Shown: positions 17,551 through 26,389 of the stretch, piece after piece
Numbering within the stretch: position 1 is the stretch's first letter
Layout: every line of letters begins with the position of its first letter
Sequence record: DRR723986_18359
Length of the DNA stretch: 34,421 nucleotides
Direction: 5' to 3' (one strand)
The notes under the pieces: generated by a model
The model's database searches: none
Seen by the model: the letters and a program-made list of their open reading frames with translations, nothing else
Told to the model about the DNA's origin: nothing
Position numbers and translations under genes: made by a program

Positions 17551-19074
17551 TTACTTATTAATGGTGAATATAAAGCAAGTTCCTTCTCCTAGTGCTGATT
17601 TACATTGTACAAATCCTCCATTGTCTTGAATGATTTTTTTAACGATTGAAAGCCCAACTCCATTGTTTTCAAATCCGTTTTTAGGTTGGAGCGTTTGAAA
17701 AATATCAAAGACACGTTGTTGACTTTTTTCTGGTATTCCCGGACCGTTGTCAGAGATTGAAAAGACAAACTGAGTATCTTCTTCGAAACAGTCTACTTGA
17801 ATTATCCCAACAGTTTTATCCTGATATTTTATCGAATTATCGATAATGTTTTGAATGACTTGAGAAAACTGAAGCTCATTGAATATAATTTCGGGCAGAG
17901 GATTTTTGAATTCAAGTGTAAATTTTTTATCCAGATTTAGGCTGTCAAATACTTTTTGAATGGATTCTTGCGAGTTAATTTTTACTTTATCGATTGATCC
18001 GAATCCTGCTCTAGTGTAGGCCAGGATTCCATCTATCATCATTGACATTCGTTCAGCACGGTTTTTAACGAGAGCAAAATTTTCCTCACAAGTTTCATCC
18101 ATTTTCCCATTCAAATCCTCTTCTAAAAAAGACACGAAGCCATGAATTGCTCGTAAAGGTGCTTTCAGGTCATGACTAACAATGTGCGCGAAGTCATCTA
18201 AATTCTTATTGTTTATATTTAATTGCTCTTGAGAATTTTTTAATTCTGTAATGTCATGAGCTACTGCAAAAAGGTCACTTCCGTTAGCATCTGGGTGACA
18301 TGTCCAATGCAACCAAACATAATTCCCTTCTTTAGTTTTGTACCTGTTTTCAAACCCAATTGACTTTTCACCCGAATTTAACTTATCCATTTCCTGATAA
18401 GTTTTTGACAAATCATCTGGATGAACAAAATTAACGAATGGTTGAGACAGTAATTCTTCTTGAGTGTATCCAAGCATTAAGGAGAATGAGGGATTAATTT
18501 GCTTGAAATAGCCATTGGTGTCAGCTATACAAAGTAAATCAAGTGACAAATCAAAAAAGCGCTGGTATTGAATTCTTTCTTTTTCAATTTTAGCTTGTTC
18601 AATTGCCGAGATAACCTCAGTAGATAGAGTTTTTAACGCTCTTTTCTGATGTTCATTTAGGCTATTGGGCTGGTTGTCTATGACACAAAGTGTTCCCAAG
18701 GCAAAACCATTTTTGTCAATTAATGGTTGACCAGCATAGAATCGAATGTTAGGGTCGCCGGTAACCAGTGGATTATTAACAAACTTTTCATCCTCAAGTG
18801 CATTTTCAACCTGCATTAATTCTGTGCCCAAAATGGCATGTTGGCAAAATGAAATTTCACGAGGGGTTTGTGGAACGTCCAAGCCTACCTTACTCTTAAA
18901 CCATTGACGACTTTCATCAATAAGGCTAATTAGGCAGATCGGAACTTCACATATCTCAGAGGCCAATTTGGTGAGATTGTCAAGTCTCTCGTCAGCAATT
19001 GTGTCTAGGATTTCATATGAATCCAATGCTTTAAGTCGCTCGCTTTCGTTCTCTGGAATAGGTCGTTCGCTCAT
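17551..19074 (-). CDS. Cytoplasmic GAF-PAS histidine kinase
   Basis: GAF (ESERLKALDSYEILDT...SFCQHAI...NIRFYAG), PAS (FFDLSLDLLCIADTNGYF), SHDLKAPLR, DNSIKY, DNGPGI and GVGLSI. ATG at 19074 is preferred over the track's TTG at 19107. Confidence 0.93.
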   Translation of the reverse strand: MSERPIPENESERLKALDSYEILDTIADERLDNLTKLASEICEVPICLISLIDESRQWFKSKVGLDVPQTPREISFCQHAILGTELMQVENALEDEKFVNNPLVTGDPNIRFYAGQPLIDKNGFALGTLCVIDNQPNSLNEHQKRALKTLSTEVISAIEQAKIEKERIQYQRFFDLSLDLLCIADTNGYFKQINPSFSLMLGYTQEELLSQPFVNFVHPDDLSKTYQEMDKLNSGEKSIGFENRYKTKEGNYVWLHWTCHPDANGSDLFAVAHDITELKNSQEQLNINNKNLDDFAHIVSHDLKAPLRAIHGFVSFLEEDLNGKMDETCEENFALVKNRAERMSMMIDGILAYTRAGFGSIDKVKINSQESIQKVFDSLNLDKKFTLEFKNPLPEIIFNELQFSQVIQNIIDNSIKYQDKTVGIIQVDCFEEDTQFVFSISDNGPGIPEKSQQRVFDIFQTLQPKNGFENNGVGLSIVKKIIQDNGGFVQCKSALGEGTCFIFTINK

Positions 19075-19274
19075 TAATTTTTCAGGATCTTTACCTAAAG
19101 ATAGCAATTTTCAGTCACCTTGTTGAGTGGTTTGAAAATGGCAAGTAAAAAAGGATGGGTGAAGAATGAATTGAGCTCTTACTGTGTTGAATTCGTATTA
19201 ATTCGTGGTCATCTCTAAGATGAAGAATAAGAATCTGCTCTGCAATTGCTCTGCGTTCCACATAAAGCCTTATT

Positions 19275-19313
19275 AAAAACAAAACCTCAAAGCTTCCTTA
19301 AGCTTTGAGGTTT
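19275..19313 (-). terminator. Rho-independent terminator downstream of tRNA-Asp
   Basis: 14-bp stem aaacctcaaagctt/aagctttgaggttt with a 4-nt loop, followed by a U-rich tail on the minus strand. Confidence 0.8.
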
Positions 19314-19357
19314 CTAGGTCTACAGCCATATAGACTTACCTTTAACTCTATTTGAGT

Positions 19358-19434
19358 TGGCGGTCCGGACGGGACTCGAACCCGCGACCCCATGCGTGAC
19401 AGGCATGTATTCTAACCAACTGAACTACCGGACC
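19358..19434 (-). tRNA. tRNA-Asp (GTC), CCA encoded
   Basis: Reverse complement is GGTCCGGTAGTTCAGTTGGTTAGAATACATGCCTGTCACGCATGGGGTCGCGGGTTCGAGTCCCGTCCGGACCGCCA, with acceptor stem, D arm, GTC anticodon and TTCGA T-loop. Confidence 0.97.
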
Positions 19435-19461
19435 TAACCTGCTTTCCTTTGAAAGCGAAGG

Positions 19462-19491
19462 CAAATTTATATCTTTTTTTTAATAGCGCAA
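19462..19491 (-). promoter_or_regulatory. Bacteroidota promoter for tRNA-Asp (TTG-N19-TAAATTTG)
   Basis: -7 box TAAATTTG at 19462-19469 and -33 TTG at 19489-19491. Confidence 0.65.
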
Positions 19492-19507
19492 TAAAAAAAA
19501 TGAAATA

Positions 19508-20434
19508 TTAAAGAATTTTTTGTCGCTTAACCAAGTATTGCTGGAGGACAAATTCGACACCTTCCTGAATATCAACTTCTATGAAGTCAATTTTAAATTG
19601 TGAGCACTTTAATTTTAATTCAGCATTTAAGTTTTTTACTTCTTCTTGGTATGTTTTTTTTATTTCATTTGGTTGTAGCTTCACCTTCTCTCCGCTTTCA
19701 AGATCTATAAAGGTCGTTGGTTTGTTAGGAAAGTTCAGCTCAATTTCATGCTTTTTATCGGTAACATGGAATAGTAAAACCTCATGCTTGTTGTGCTTGA
19801 GATGCAAAAATGCATCCGTAATATCATCTAAAGATTCACCTGAAAAAAAATCAGAAAAGATAACAACTAAAGATCGCTTATGATTGTTTTCAGCAACGGC
19901 ATGCAAGATTTGTGAGAATGACGTTTTACGATTCAGACTTTCCTGTTGACTCGTCATCAAATTCTCTAATTCATGATAAAGTCTTCTATGATGAGCAGCA
20001 GATGTTTTAACAGCCGTATCTAATTTTATTTCATCCTCAAAAACCGTCAAACCAACACCATCTCTTTGTTTTTTCAAAATCTCAATTAACGAAGCCATGG
20101 CGTAAATGCTAAAACCTAATTTATTTAAGGGGTATTCTTCAGAGAGTTCAGGAAAGTACATGGAAGAGGAGATGTCTAAGATCATTCGGCATCTTAGGTT
20201 GGTTTCTTCTTCGTATCGCTTAACAAATAATTTATCCGTTTTTGCAAAAAGTTTCCAGTCTATGTGTTTCGTGCTTTCACCGTTATTGTAGAGTCGGTGT
20301 TCAGCAAACTCGACAGAAAATCCGTGAAAAGGAGAGCGGTGCATTCCGGTGATAAATCCTTCAACTACTTGTTTAGCAACAAACTCTAAGTTGCCAAATT
20401 TAGCCAGTTCTTGTATGTCTATTTTTCCGTACAT
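19508..20434 (-). CDS. DUF58 domain-containing protein (vWA-like, MoxR-associated family)
   Basis: GMHRSPFHGFSVEFAEHRLY...IDWKLFAKTDKLFVKRYEEETN...LDISSSM...VIFSDF. Confidence 0.92.
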   Translation of the reverse strand: MYGKIDIQELAKFGNLEFVAKQVVEGFITGMHRSPFHGFSVEFAEHRLYNNGESTKHIDWKLFAKTDKLFVKRYEEETNLRCRMILDISSSMYFPELSEEYPLNKLGFSIYAMASLIEILKKQRDGVGLTVFEDEIKLDTAVKTSAAHHRRLYHELENLMTSQQESLNRKTSFSQILHAVAENNHKRSLVVIFSDFFSGESLDDITDAFLHLKHNKHEVLLFHVTDKKHEIELNFPNKPTTFIDLESGEKVKLQPNEIKKTYQEEVKNLNAELKLKCSQFKIDFIEVDIQEGVEFVLQQYLVKRQKIL

Positions 20435-20500
20435 TACTATGGTGAAAGATACTCATTTCCTTTTTAATTAATATCTTTCAGGCTCTATACTTTATGTTAA

Positions 20501-20878
20501 ATGGCTGTTAAATCTGAGGATAAAAGAACATGTGCGCATTGTGGTGAAGAATTATTTGGTCGCCGCGATAAAAAGTATTGCTCAGATTATTGTCGTTCTG
20601 GTGCGCATAACGATCAAAACAGGGATTATTCGGCTTACATGCGCCGAGTAAATAATATCCTAAGAAAAAATCGTAGAATTTTAGCGGCACATAATCCGAA
20701 TGGAAAAGCAAAGGTGTCAGGTTCGGCTTTAATGGAGGAAGGATACAATTTTGCCTACTTCACAAACGTCTACGAAACTAAGAAAGGTGGTAAATACTAC
20801 TTTTGTTATGATCAAGGCTATATTAAGCTTGAAGACGGAATGTATGCACTTGTCGTGAGAGAATCCTATGTAAAATGA
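20501..20878 (+). CDS. Conserved Bacteroidota Zn-ribbon protein (DUF2116-like)
   Basis: CAHCGEELFGRRDKKYCSDYCR (CxxC...CxxxC), NNILRKNRRIL and YYFCYDQGY. Confidence 0.75.
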   Translation: MAVKSEDKRTCAHCGEELFGRRDKKYCSDYCRSGAHNDQNRDYSAYMRRVNNILRKNRRILAAHNPNGKAKVSGSALMEEGYNFAYFTNVYETKKGGKYYFCYDQGYIKLEDGMYALVVRESYVK

Positions 20879-21120
20879 GAAAAGTAATCAATGCCATTTT
20901 TATTTTCCCGGTCAAAATTTATCAATGGATAATTTCACCTATTCTTCCACAGTCATGCCGATATAACCCAACCTGCAGTAATTATATGATTACAGCTATT
21001 AAAGAATGGGGACCATTAAAGGGGGGTTGGATGGGAGTTAAACGTATTTCTTCCTGTCATCCTTGGGGAGGAATGGGGCATGACCCTGTACCAGAAAACC
21101 CTAAACGTAAACGGAATTAA
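20875..21120 (+). CDS. yidD: Membrane protein insertion efficiency factor YidD
   Basis: YQWIISPILPQSCRYNPTCSNY...RISSCHPWGGMGHDPVP. Confidence 0.95.
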   Translation: MRKVINAIFIFPVKIYQWIISPILPQSCRYNPTCSNYMITAIKEWGPLKGGWMGVKRISSCHPWGGMGHDPVPENPKRKRN

Positions 21121-21551
21121 AAGTTATAAAAAGCGGCTAGCTCTTTGCCACCAGCTTTTGATTTTGGAGAAAATGAAGCCCAGCTTTTACCCTTTCTAAA
21201 CATTAGGGTTTTCTTTCCTAAAAATCCAGATATTTTCAGTTTAGTAGCGTCTTCTAACTTGAAAATATACTTTTCATCTTGTTCAAGTAATTGAGCAATT
21301 TTTGCTTCTAAATCTTCAACATTTTCTGCTTCATTTATCATTTTTTTTAGGCCTTCGAAAATGCTTAGTCCGTCAAAATACGCATGATTTTTTATGGTGT
21401 TGAAAATGACAAACATCCCAATTGATTTTGTTGGGATAACGAAAAAATGATTTTTAGTACAAACAATGCAGCTGTAAATTTGCTTCATTGGCATTTTAGA
21501 ATTCATAGCTAAAGCCTCTTCAACTAATAAAATTTCGCCATTATTTTCCAT
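21117..21551 (-). CDS. Hypothetical protein
   Basis: 144-aa ORF with ATG start, convergent on yidD with overlapping stops. No family recognised. Confidence 0.7.
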   Translation of the reverse strand: MENNGEILLVEEALAMNSKMPMKQIYSCIVCTKNHFFVIPTKSIGMFVIFNTIKNHAYFDGLSIFEGLKKMINEAENVEDLEAKIAQLLEQDEKYIFKLEDATKLKISGFLGKKTLMFRKGKSWASFSPKSKAGGKELAAFYNF

Positions 21552-21575
21552 AGATTTATTTTTTTTGAAGGTAAT

Positions 21576-21606
21576 AAAAAATGGGGATTAGTTTAATCCC
21601 CATTTT
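21576..21606 (-). terminator. Rho-independent terminator
   Basis: Hairpin aaaatggggatta/taatccccatttt downstream of the 21634-22050 gene. Confidence 0.7.
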
Positions 21607-21633
21607 ACCCCTCAAAACTGTTACCTTGATGTT

Positions 21634-22050
21634 TTAGATCTTTGCGGTTTTCGTCTTGTTGTTTTTGACGAAAGTATTCAAGGTAACAAAATCCTCTTTA
21701 TTATCTTTTCTGAGATAGGTCAGCTTTTTGTTCCAGTCTATCTTGTATAGACAGTAAGATTCTCTGTCACAACCTTGTGCAAAGGTGATGGTGCCATAAA
21801 CAAAGTCAGAATCCGATTCATCTTCATCCAAATACTGGGCGAATCCAGATGGACAACGGCTGAACATTTTTTCTTCTTTATAATTGACCAATTGATTCAA
21901 GTCATCAAATACGTTTTCTCTCATGAACTCCCATACTTCTGAATTACTTACTTGATCTTTTTCTGAAGTTGGCTCGGGAAGTTCATTGTTGAATGAACTC
22001 AGAAAAATTGCGCAAAGTGCGACAAAAGTGAATGCTAAATACTTTTTCAT
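21634..22050 (-). CDS. Small exported hypothetical protein
   Basis: Hydrophobic N-terminal signal (MKKYLAFTFVALCAIFLSSF). ATGA overlap with the DUF2306 gene. Confidence 0.75.
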   Translation of the reverse strand: MKKYLAFTFVALCAIFLSSFNNELPEPTSEKDQVSNSEVWEFMRENVFDDLNQLVNYKEEKMFSRCPSGFAQYLDEDESDSDFVYGTITFAQGCDRESYCLYKIDWNKKLTYLRKDNKEDFVTLNTFVKNNKTKTAKI

Positions 22051-22688
22051 AGTGTTTGTTTTTTATGGTTATTAGTTAAGCTAAAGAAGATATATGTTTC
22101 AATGATGATCAGGTTGATGATCCAGCTTAACCAAGCGGTTGAAACAATTATAAATTCCTCAGAAAGATTATTAGATAAAGACATTATCGGAACAAGTAGT
22201 CGCAGTGTGACTGCTGCGAAGGATAGCGCGTAACTTCGATACATCCATTTTTTATGTTCGATTATTTTTTTCTTCTTGACGGTAATAATTGCCATGATAG
22301 TGGTATAAAACCATAAAAAACTCATTACCAAAAATGCAAGGGTTGACCACATTCCGCCTTCTGCATAAAAAGCCATGATTAATCCAGTAGGAGCAGCAAA
22401 TCCTAGAATTCCGTAAGCGTATATTTTCCCTAATTTTTTGTGGACCTGTAAATACCGTTTTCTTAAATTGGGTAAAAACTGGAACGGACCAATTAGAATA
22501 ACGAGCATACCGCTGATAACATGAATGTAAAATGTGGGCCGCCAAACTGTATCAAATATTAAATCTTGTTTTACAAGGAGGAAATTGATGTCAGGTCTAA
22601 AACTCAAGTATTGAGCCGTAACATAAAACAGCACCATTGCAAAAAATGTAATGACGAGCCAGCTGATATTTTTGAGATAAACCTGCAT
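22047..22688 (-). CDS. DUF2306 family membrane protein
   Basis: FYIHV...GPFQF...HKKLGKIY...HKKWMYRSYALSFAAVTLR, with multiple TM helices. Confidence 0.85.
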   Translation of the reverse strand: MQVYLKNISWLVITFFAMVLFYVTAQYLSFRPDINFLLVKQDLIFDTVWRPTFYIHVISGMLVILIGPFQFLPNLRKRYLQVHKKLGKIYAYGILGFAAPTGLIMAFYAEGGMWSTLAFLVMSFLWFYTTIMAIITVKKKKIIEHKKWMYRSYALSFAAVTLRLLVPIMSLSNNLSEEFIIVSTAWLSWIINLIIIETYIFFSLTNNHKKQTL

Positions 22689-22786
22689 TTAATTAGGACT
22701 ACAATTTAATTTGAAATTCGTTCATTTTTAATCAGTTAAGAATTCCATTATCTAAATCAATAATACAGGCTTTGAGAAAAAGTAAC

Positions 22787-22820
22787 AAAAAAGGCCTCGA
22801 GAATATCGAGGCCTTTTTTT
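22787..22820 (-). terminator. Rho-independent terminator of dsbD (bidirectional form)
   Basis: aaaaaaggcctcga-gaata-tcgaggccttttttt. Confidence 0.85.
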
Positions 22821-22839
22821 AAACGAAATGTTTTATCAA

Positions 22840-25329
22840 TTATTTGGCGATTTCAAATTCAGGTAATATAATTTTGCCTCCTTCAGTTGAACCAAATGCG
22901 CTCATACCTTTTTCTAGCCAAGCTTTAAATGCTACCGCATTTCCATGTGTTTGATAATTCGCTTTTCCTGAGATATTATTCTCGTTATGATCTAAAATAA
23001 CATACATAGGTTGCGTCACTTCTTGGTATTTGGTGATCTGCATATCCATCCATTTATTTCCTACAGTTTTCATTTCATTCCCGTTACGATCTATTTGACC
23101 CTTGTATTTTTCAGGAATATCTGTTCGATCATCTACATATAATGATGCAATAATGAATTGATCAGCCATAATTGGAGATACTGATGGGTCCGCCCATACG
23201 TACTCTTCCATTTTACGACAATTCACACAAGCCCACCCTGTAAAGTCTACTAATAAAGGCTTGTTTTCTTTTTTAGCGAATTCTAAGGCGTCATTGTAAT
23301 CAGAAATAACGTTGATTCCATGACCATGTGCTTTTGTAGTTTCTGGCCAACCTTCTTCAACTTCAGGTGCGTGACCTAAAATTCCGTAAGGTGACTCTGA
23401 ATAGGTCTGTGGAGGTGGGAATCCTGAAATCAATTTTAAAGGTGCTCCCCACATTCCTGGTAAAAGGTATATGATAAAACCAAGAACCGTCATAGCAAAC
23501 ATTCCTCTACCTACAGATAATTTTTCTATTGGACTATCATGAGGAAATTGAATCTTACCGATTAGATAGATAAATAGCATTAAGAATACCCCAATCCAGA
23601 TGGCTAAGAATAATTCTCTTTCTAAGATATGCCATTGCATAACTAAGTCTGCGTTTGATAAGAATTTGAGAGCCAAAGCTACTTCAACAAATCCTAAAAC
23701 AACTTTCACCGTGTTTAACCATCCACCAGATTGAGGCATTGAATTTAACCATCCCGGGAATGCTGCAAATAAACCAAAAGGTAATGCTAATGCAAATGAA
23801 AATCCTAACATAGCAACAATAGGTCCTGCAACACCTCCTTGAGCTGACTGTACCAAAACAGAACCTACAATTGGTCCGGTGCAACTGAAAGAGACAAGCG
23901 CTAATGTGAATGCCATAAAAAAGATTCCAATAATTCCACCCCTATCAGCTTGCTTATCTGCCTTATTTACCCAAGAGTTAGGTAAAGTGATTTCGAATGC
24001 TCCAAAAAACGAAATGGCAAAAACGATAAACAGGACAAAGAATATAATATTAACGATAGGATCAGTTGCCATAAAATTCAGTGCATCTTCGCCAGCTAGT
24101 TTTGCAACAAGTACGCCAAGAACAACGTAAATAGTAATGATAAATCCAGAATATAAGAACGCTTTTCTAATACCCTGAGATTTTGTTTTAGACTGTTTAG
24201 TGAAAAATGAAACAGTCATAGGAATCATTGGGAAAACACAAGGTGTTAACAATGCAAGGAATCCACCAATGAAAGAAAGAAAGAAAATAAGCCATAATGA
24301 ATCTTTTTCTGTTCTCACTCCATTATCATTTGCATTTGGAAGGTCAAAAGAAAGGGCTACAGCCTCTGTATTGTGAAAGCTGTTTTCGCAACCCATTAAA
24401 TACAGATCAAGTTGACCATCTATTGCTGTTAAATTAGTGGTATCCTTTACAGTAATGTTTTGTTGAATGCTTACTTCATATTTGTATCCTTTGGTTTTTT
24501 TACCAGTTAATTTACTGATGTTCGTTGTGTATTCTTCTTTAGATTCAATGTTGTCATTTTCGTTTAAACTAAACACTGATTTATAGCCATTCGGGTTATC
24601 AAAAGCATACATGGCAAATGCAGAATCGATTTTAATTTTTAATGAAACCGAGTAATTCATTTTGTCAGTTCGCCATGGAGTGGAAACTTCAACGATTACT
24701 GGTCTGAATTTACCTTTTAGTGTATAGCCCTCACAATTGTTTAAGGCTTGAAACATTACAGAGTCAATATCAACTGATGTCACGGCAATAGTTTCATCTG
24801 TAGTTTCCGACTCAACTTCCCCACTTAAATCACAGTCTTCTGTTTTCCCTTTTACTTTAAAAGAAGTATTGCCTTCTGTAGGGGGGAAGCAAGCTGTTTT
24901 ACAAGCCATGAATTCATACTTTACTTTAATTTCAAAATCTTTGGTTGAATTGATTTTAATTTTTTGTTTGAATTTGGCCTTGCCTCCTGGGAAATATTTT
25001 TCGGGGAAACTTATTTCTTCGCCTTCTTCTTTGTTTTCGTGCTCTTCTGCGCCATATTCTCGTACTTTACCAATTAATTCATAATCCGAACTCGGTTCAA
25101 ATACAAAAGAGGTAGGATAGGCTACAGCACCATCTGGTTGCTGCTGGGCATATACGTGCCATCCATCTTTTTGATCTACTGTGAAATTTAAATATGCTTC
25201 ACATCCATCATAAGTCACGGAGAAATTCCATTGAATGACTTCATCAACAGAATTTGGCATTTCGTCTTGAGCGAAATTTGTAAGGGCAATAAGGGCGATC
25301 GTCAATGATAAGAAAAGTCTTTTCAACAT
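22840..25329 (-). CDS. dsbD: Thiol:disulfide interchange protein DsbD
   Basis: N-domain YEFMACKTACFPP, TM-domain LLTPCVFPMIP and FSCTGP, and thioredoxin domain FTGWACVNCRKME. ATG at 25329 (MLKRLFLS...NFA|QD) is preferred because the track's 25428 start lies inside a terminator hairpin. Confidence 0.9.
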   Translation of the reverse strand: MLKRLFLSLTIALIALTNFAQDEMPNSVDEVIQWNFSVTYDGCEAYLNFTVDQKDGWHVYAQQQPDGAVAYPTSFVFEPSSDYELIGKVREYGAEEHENKEEGEEISFPEKYFPGGKAKFKQKIKINSTKDFEIKVKYEFMACKTACFPPTEGNTSFKVKGKTEDCDLSGEVESETTDETIAVTSVDIDSVMFQALNNCEGYTLKGKFRPVIVEVSTPWRTDKMNYSVSLKIKIDSAFAMYAFDNPNGYKSVFSLNENDNIESKEEYTTNISKLTGKKTKGYKYEVSIQQNITVKDTTNLTAIDGQLDLYLMGCENSFHNTEAVALSFDLPNANDNGVRTEKDSLWLIFFLSFIGGFLALLTPCVFPMIPMTVSFFTKQSKTKSQGIRKAFLYSGFIITIYVVLGVLVAKLAGEDALNFMATDPIVNIIFFVLFIVFAISFFGAFEITLPNSWVNKADKQADRGGIIGIFFMAFTLALVSFSCTGPIVGSVLVQSAQGGVAGPIVAMLGFSFALALPFGLFAAFPGWLNSMPQSGGWLNTVKVVLGFVEVALALKFLSNADLVMQWHILERELFLAIWIGVFLMLFIYLIGKIQFPHDSPIEKLSVGRGMFAMTVLGFIIYLLPGMWGAPLKLISGFPPPQTYSESPYGILGHAPEVEEGWPETTKAHGHGINVISDYNDALEFAKKENKPLLVDFTGWACVNCRKMEEYVWADPSVSPIMADQFIIASLYVDDRTDIPEKYKGQIDRNGNEMKTVGNKWMDMQITKYQEVTQPMYVILDHNENNISGKANYQTHGNAVAFKAWLEKGMSAFGSTEGGKIILPEFEIAK

Positions 25330-25414
25330 AATTTGAATTTTGTTCTTCAAATGTAATAGAAAAGAAGTGACCGAAATATTTTCTTTGCGGTTTATTCTTG
25401 AACTTCTAAAAATT

Positions 25415-25442
25415 AAAAAAGCGGCCAAAAGCCGCTTTTTTT
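25415..25442 (-). terminator. Rho-independent terminator
   Basis: aaaaaagcggc-caaaa-gccgcttttttt downstream of the 25461-25745 gene. Confidence 0.8.
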
Positions 25443-25460
25443 AACATTTTATTAAGATAA

Positions 25461-25745
25461 TTATATCATTCTTATGTCAACTATTTTAGAAATTGGAATC
25501 CATAGTCCTCCTTTGAGACATATGAAGCTTTTGCCTGCAGCCCATATTGTGGTTTGTACAGTTTTAAGTCCTGAGTCTGAGTAAAACTCAATCTCACATT
25601 TATACTTTTGTATGTTTCCTAAGCGAGTTGCATTAAGTATTTTTTCCTCTAATCTTGGATGTTGTTCAAATTCGACAATATTCTTGAATGATAAATTTGA
25701 AATTGATTCTTTTTCAATTAAAACGGGGTTTAACGTGTTAGGCAT
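25461..25745 (-). CDS. Conserved small Bacteroidota hypothetical protein
   Basis: IEKESI...ATRLGN..K.K..I.F....G.K.V.TTIWA.....I.LKGG..IPI..I pattern, which I recognise from Bacteroidota hypothetical proteins. Confidence 0.75.
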   Translation of the reverse strand: MPNTLNPVLIEKESISNLSFKNIVEFEQHPRLEEKILNATRLGNIQKYKCEIEFYSDSGLKTVQTTIWAAGKSFICLKGGLWIPISKIVDIRMI

Positions 25746-25880
25746 AGCTTTTAGGTTTTAAGGTCAGACATCCCTATAGTACCTATTAAGGCACTATTAA
25801 ACTGTTGAGTTATAAAGAGGTCTGAGTAATTTCGGCAAACACAATTTAAGAAATAAGGACATGCAAAGCAAGAGATGGTC

Positions 25881-25919
25881 AAAAAAAAACCGTCTTGGCT
25901 AAGCCGAGACGGTTTTTTT
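25881..25919 (-). terminator. Rho-independent terminator
   Basis: aaaaaaaaaccgtcttggc-taa-gccgagacggttttttt downstream of the 25937-26305 gene. Confidence 0.85.
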
Positions 25920-25936
25920 AACAAGTTTAAACTTGA

Positions 25937-26305
25937 TTAATTCATGATATAAGTTTGCATGAAATCATCAATTGCAAGGGAATTTCCACTTACAGTAATA
26001 TTTGGTGCCCCAAGAGTCATAAAGAAACGGGTAATTATTCTTCTATTGATTTCAGTATCATCAACCAATTTAATGCTAATGTCGTGTCCGTTAGCAGTTG
26101 CTTGAGGTGTTATTGTGAAATAATCTGTGTAATAAACTGAAGCATCAGTAATATTTTGGCCAGTAAAAGTTGCATCCAACGAGAAGTTGAATTCAGTAAC
26201 TGAAGCTTTATTGTAATTCGGTCCTGCATCATTAAAAGTTACAGTTTGACCATAGGTAAAAGCCGTTAATAACAGTCCGAATGCTAATCCAAAAATCTTT
26301 TTCAT
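25937..26305 (-). CDS. Small secreted hypothetical protein
   Basis: Signal peptide (FTYG|QT). It has its own terminator and an upstream ECF-like promoter. Confidence 0.8.
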   Translation of the reverse strand: MKKIFGLAFGLLLTAFTYGQTVTFNDAGPNYNKASVTEFNFSLDATFTGQNITDASVYYTDYFTITPQATANGHDISIKLVDDTEINRRIITRFFMTLGAPNITVSGNSLAIDDFMQTYIMN

Positions 26306-26389
26306 TTTATTATTTTTTATCGCTAAATCCTTAAAAACAAGGGGTTTTAACAGGTTAATTTCAGTTTTTCACTGATTTATTTATTACCT

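Noticed and set aside
17551-19074. GAF kinase considered as a phytochrome or LOV photoreceptor
   Set aside because: No PAS-GAF-PHY arrangement, DIP motif or LOV GxNCRFLQ motif is visible.
2109-25084. Nested or antisense small ORFs inside long genes (e.g. 2109-2300, 5959-6279, 9799-10047, 15122-15379, 19581-19883, 22252-22545, 23879-24130, 24869-25084)
   Set aside because: All lie fully inside well-supported CDSs and show no recognisable motifs.
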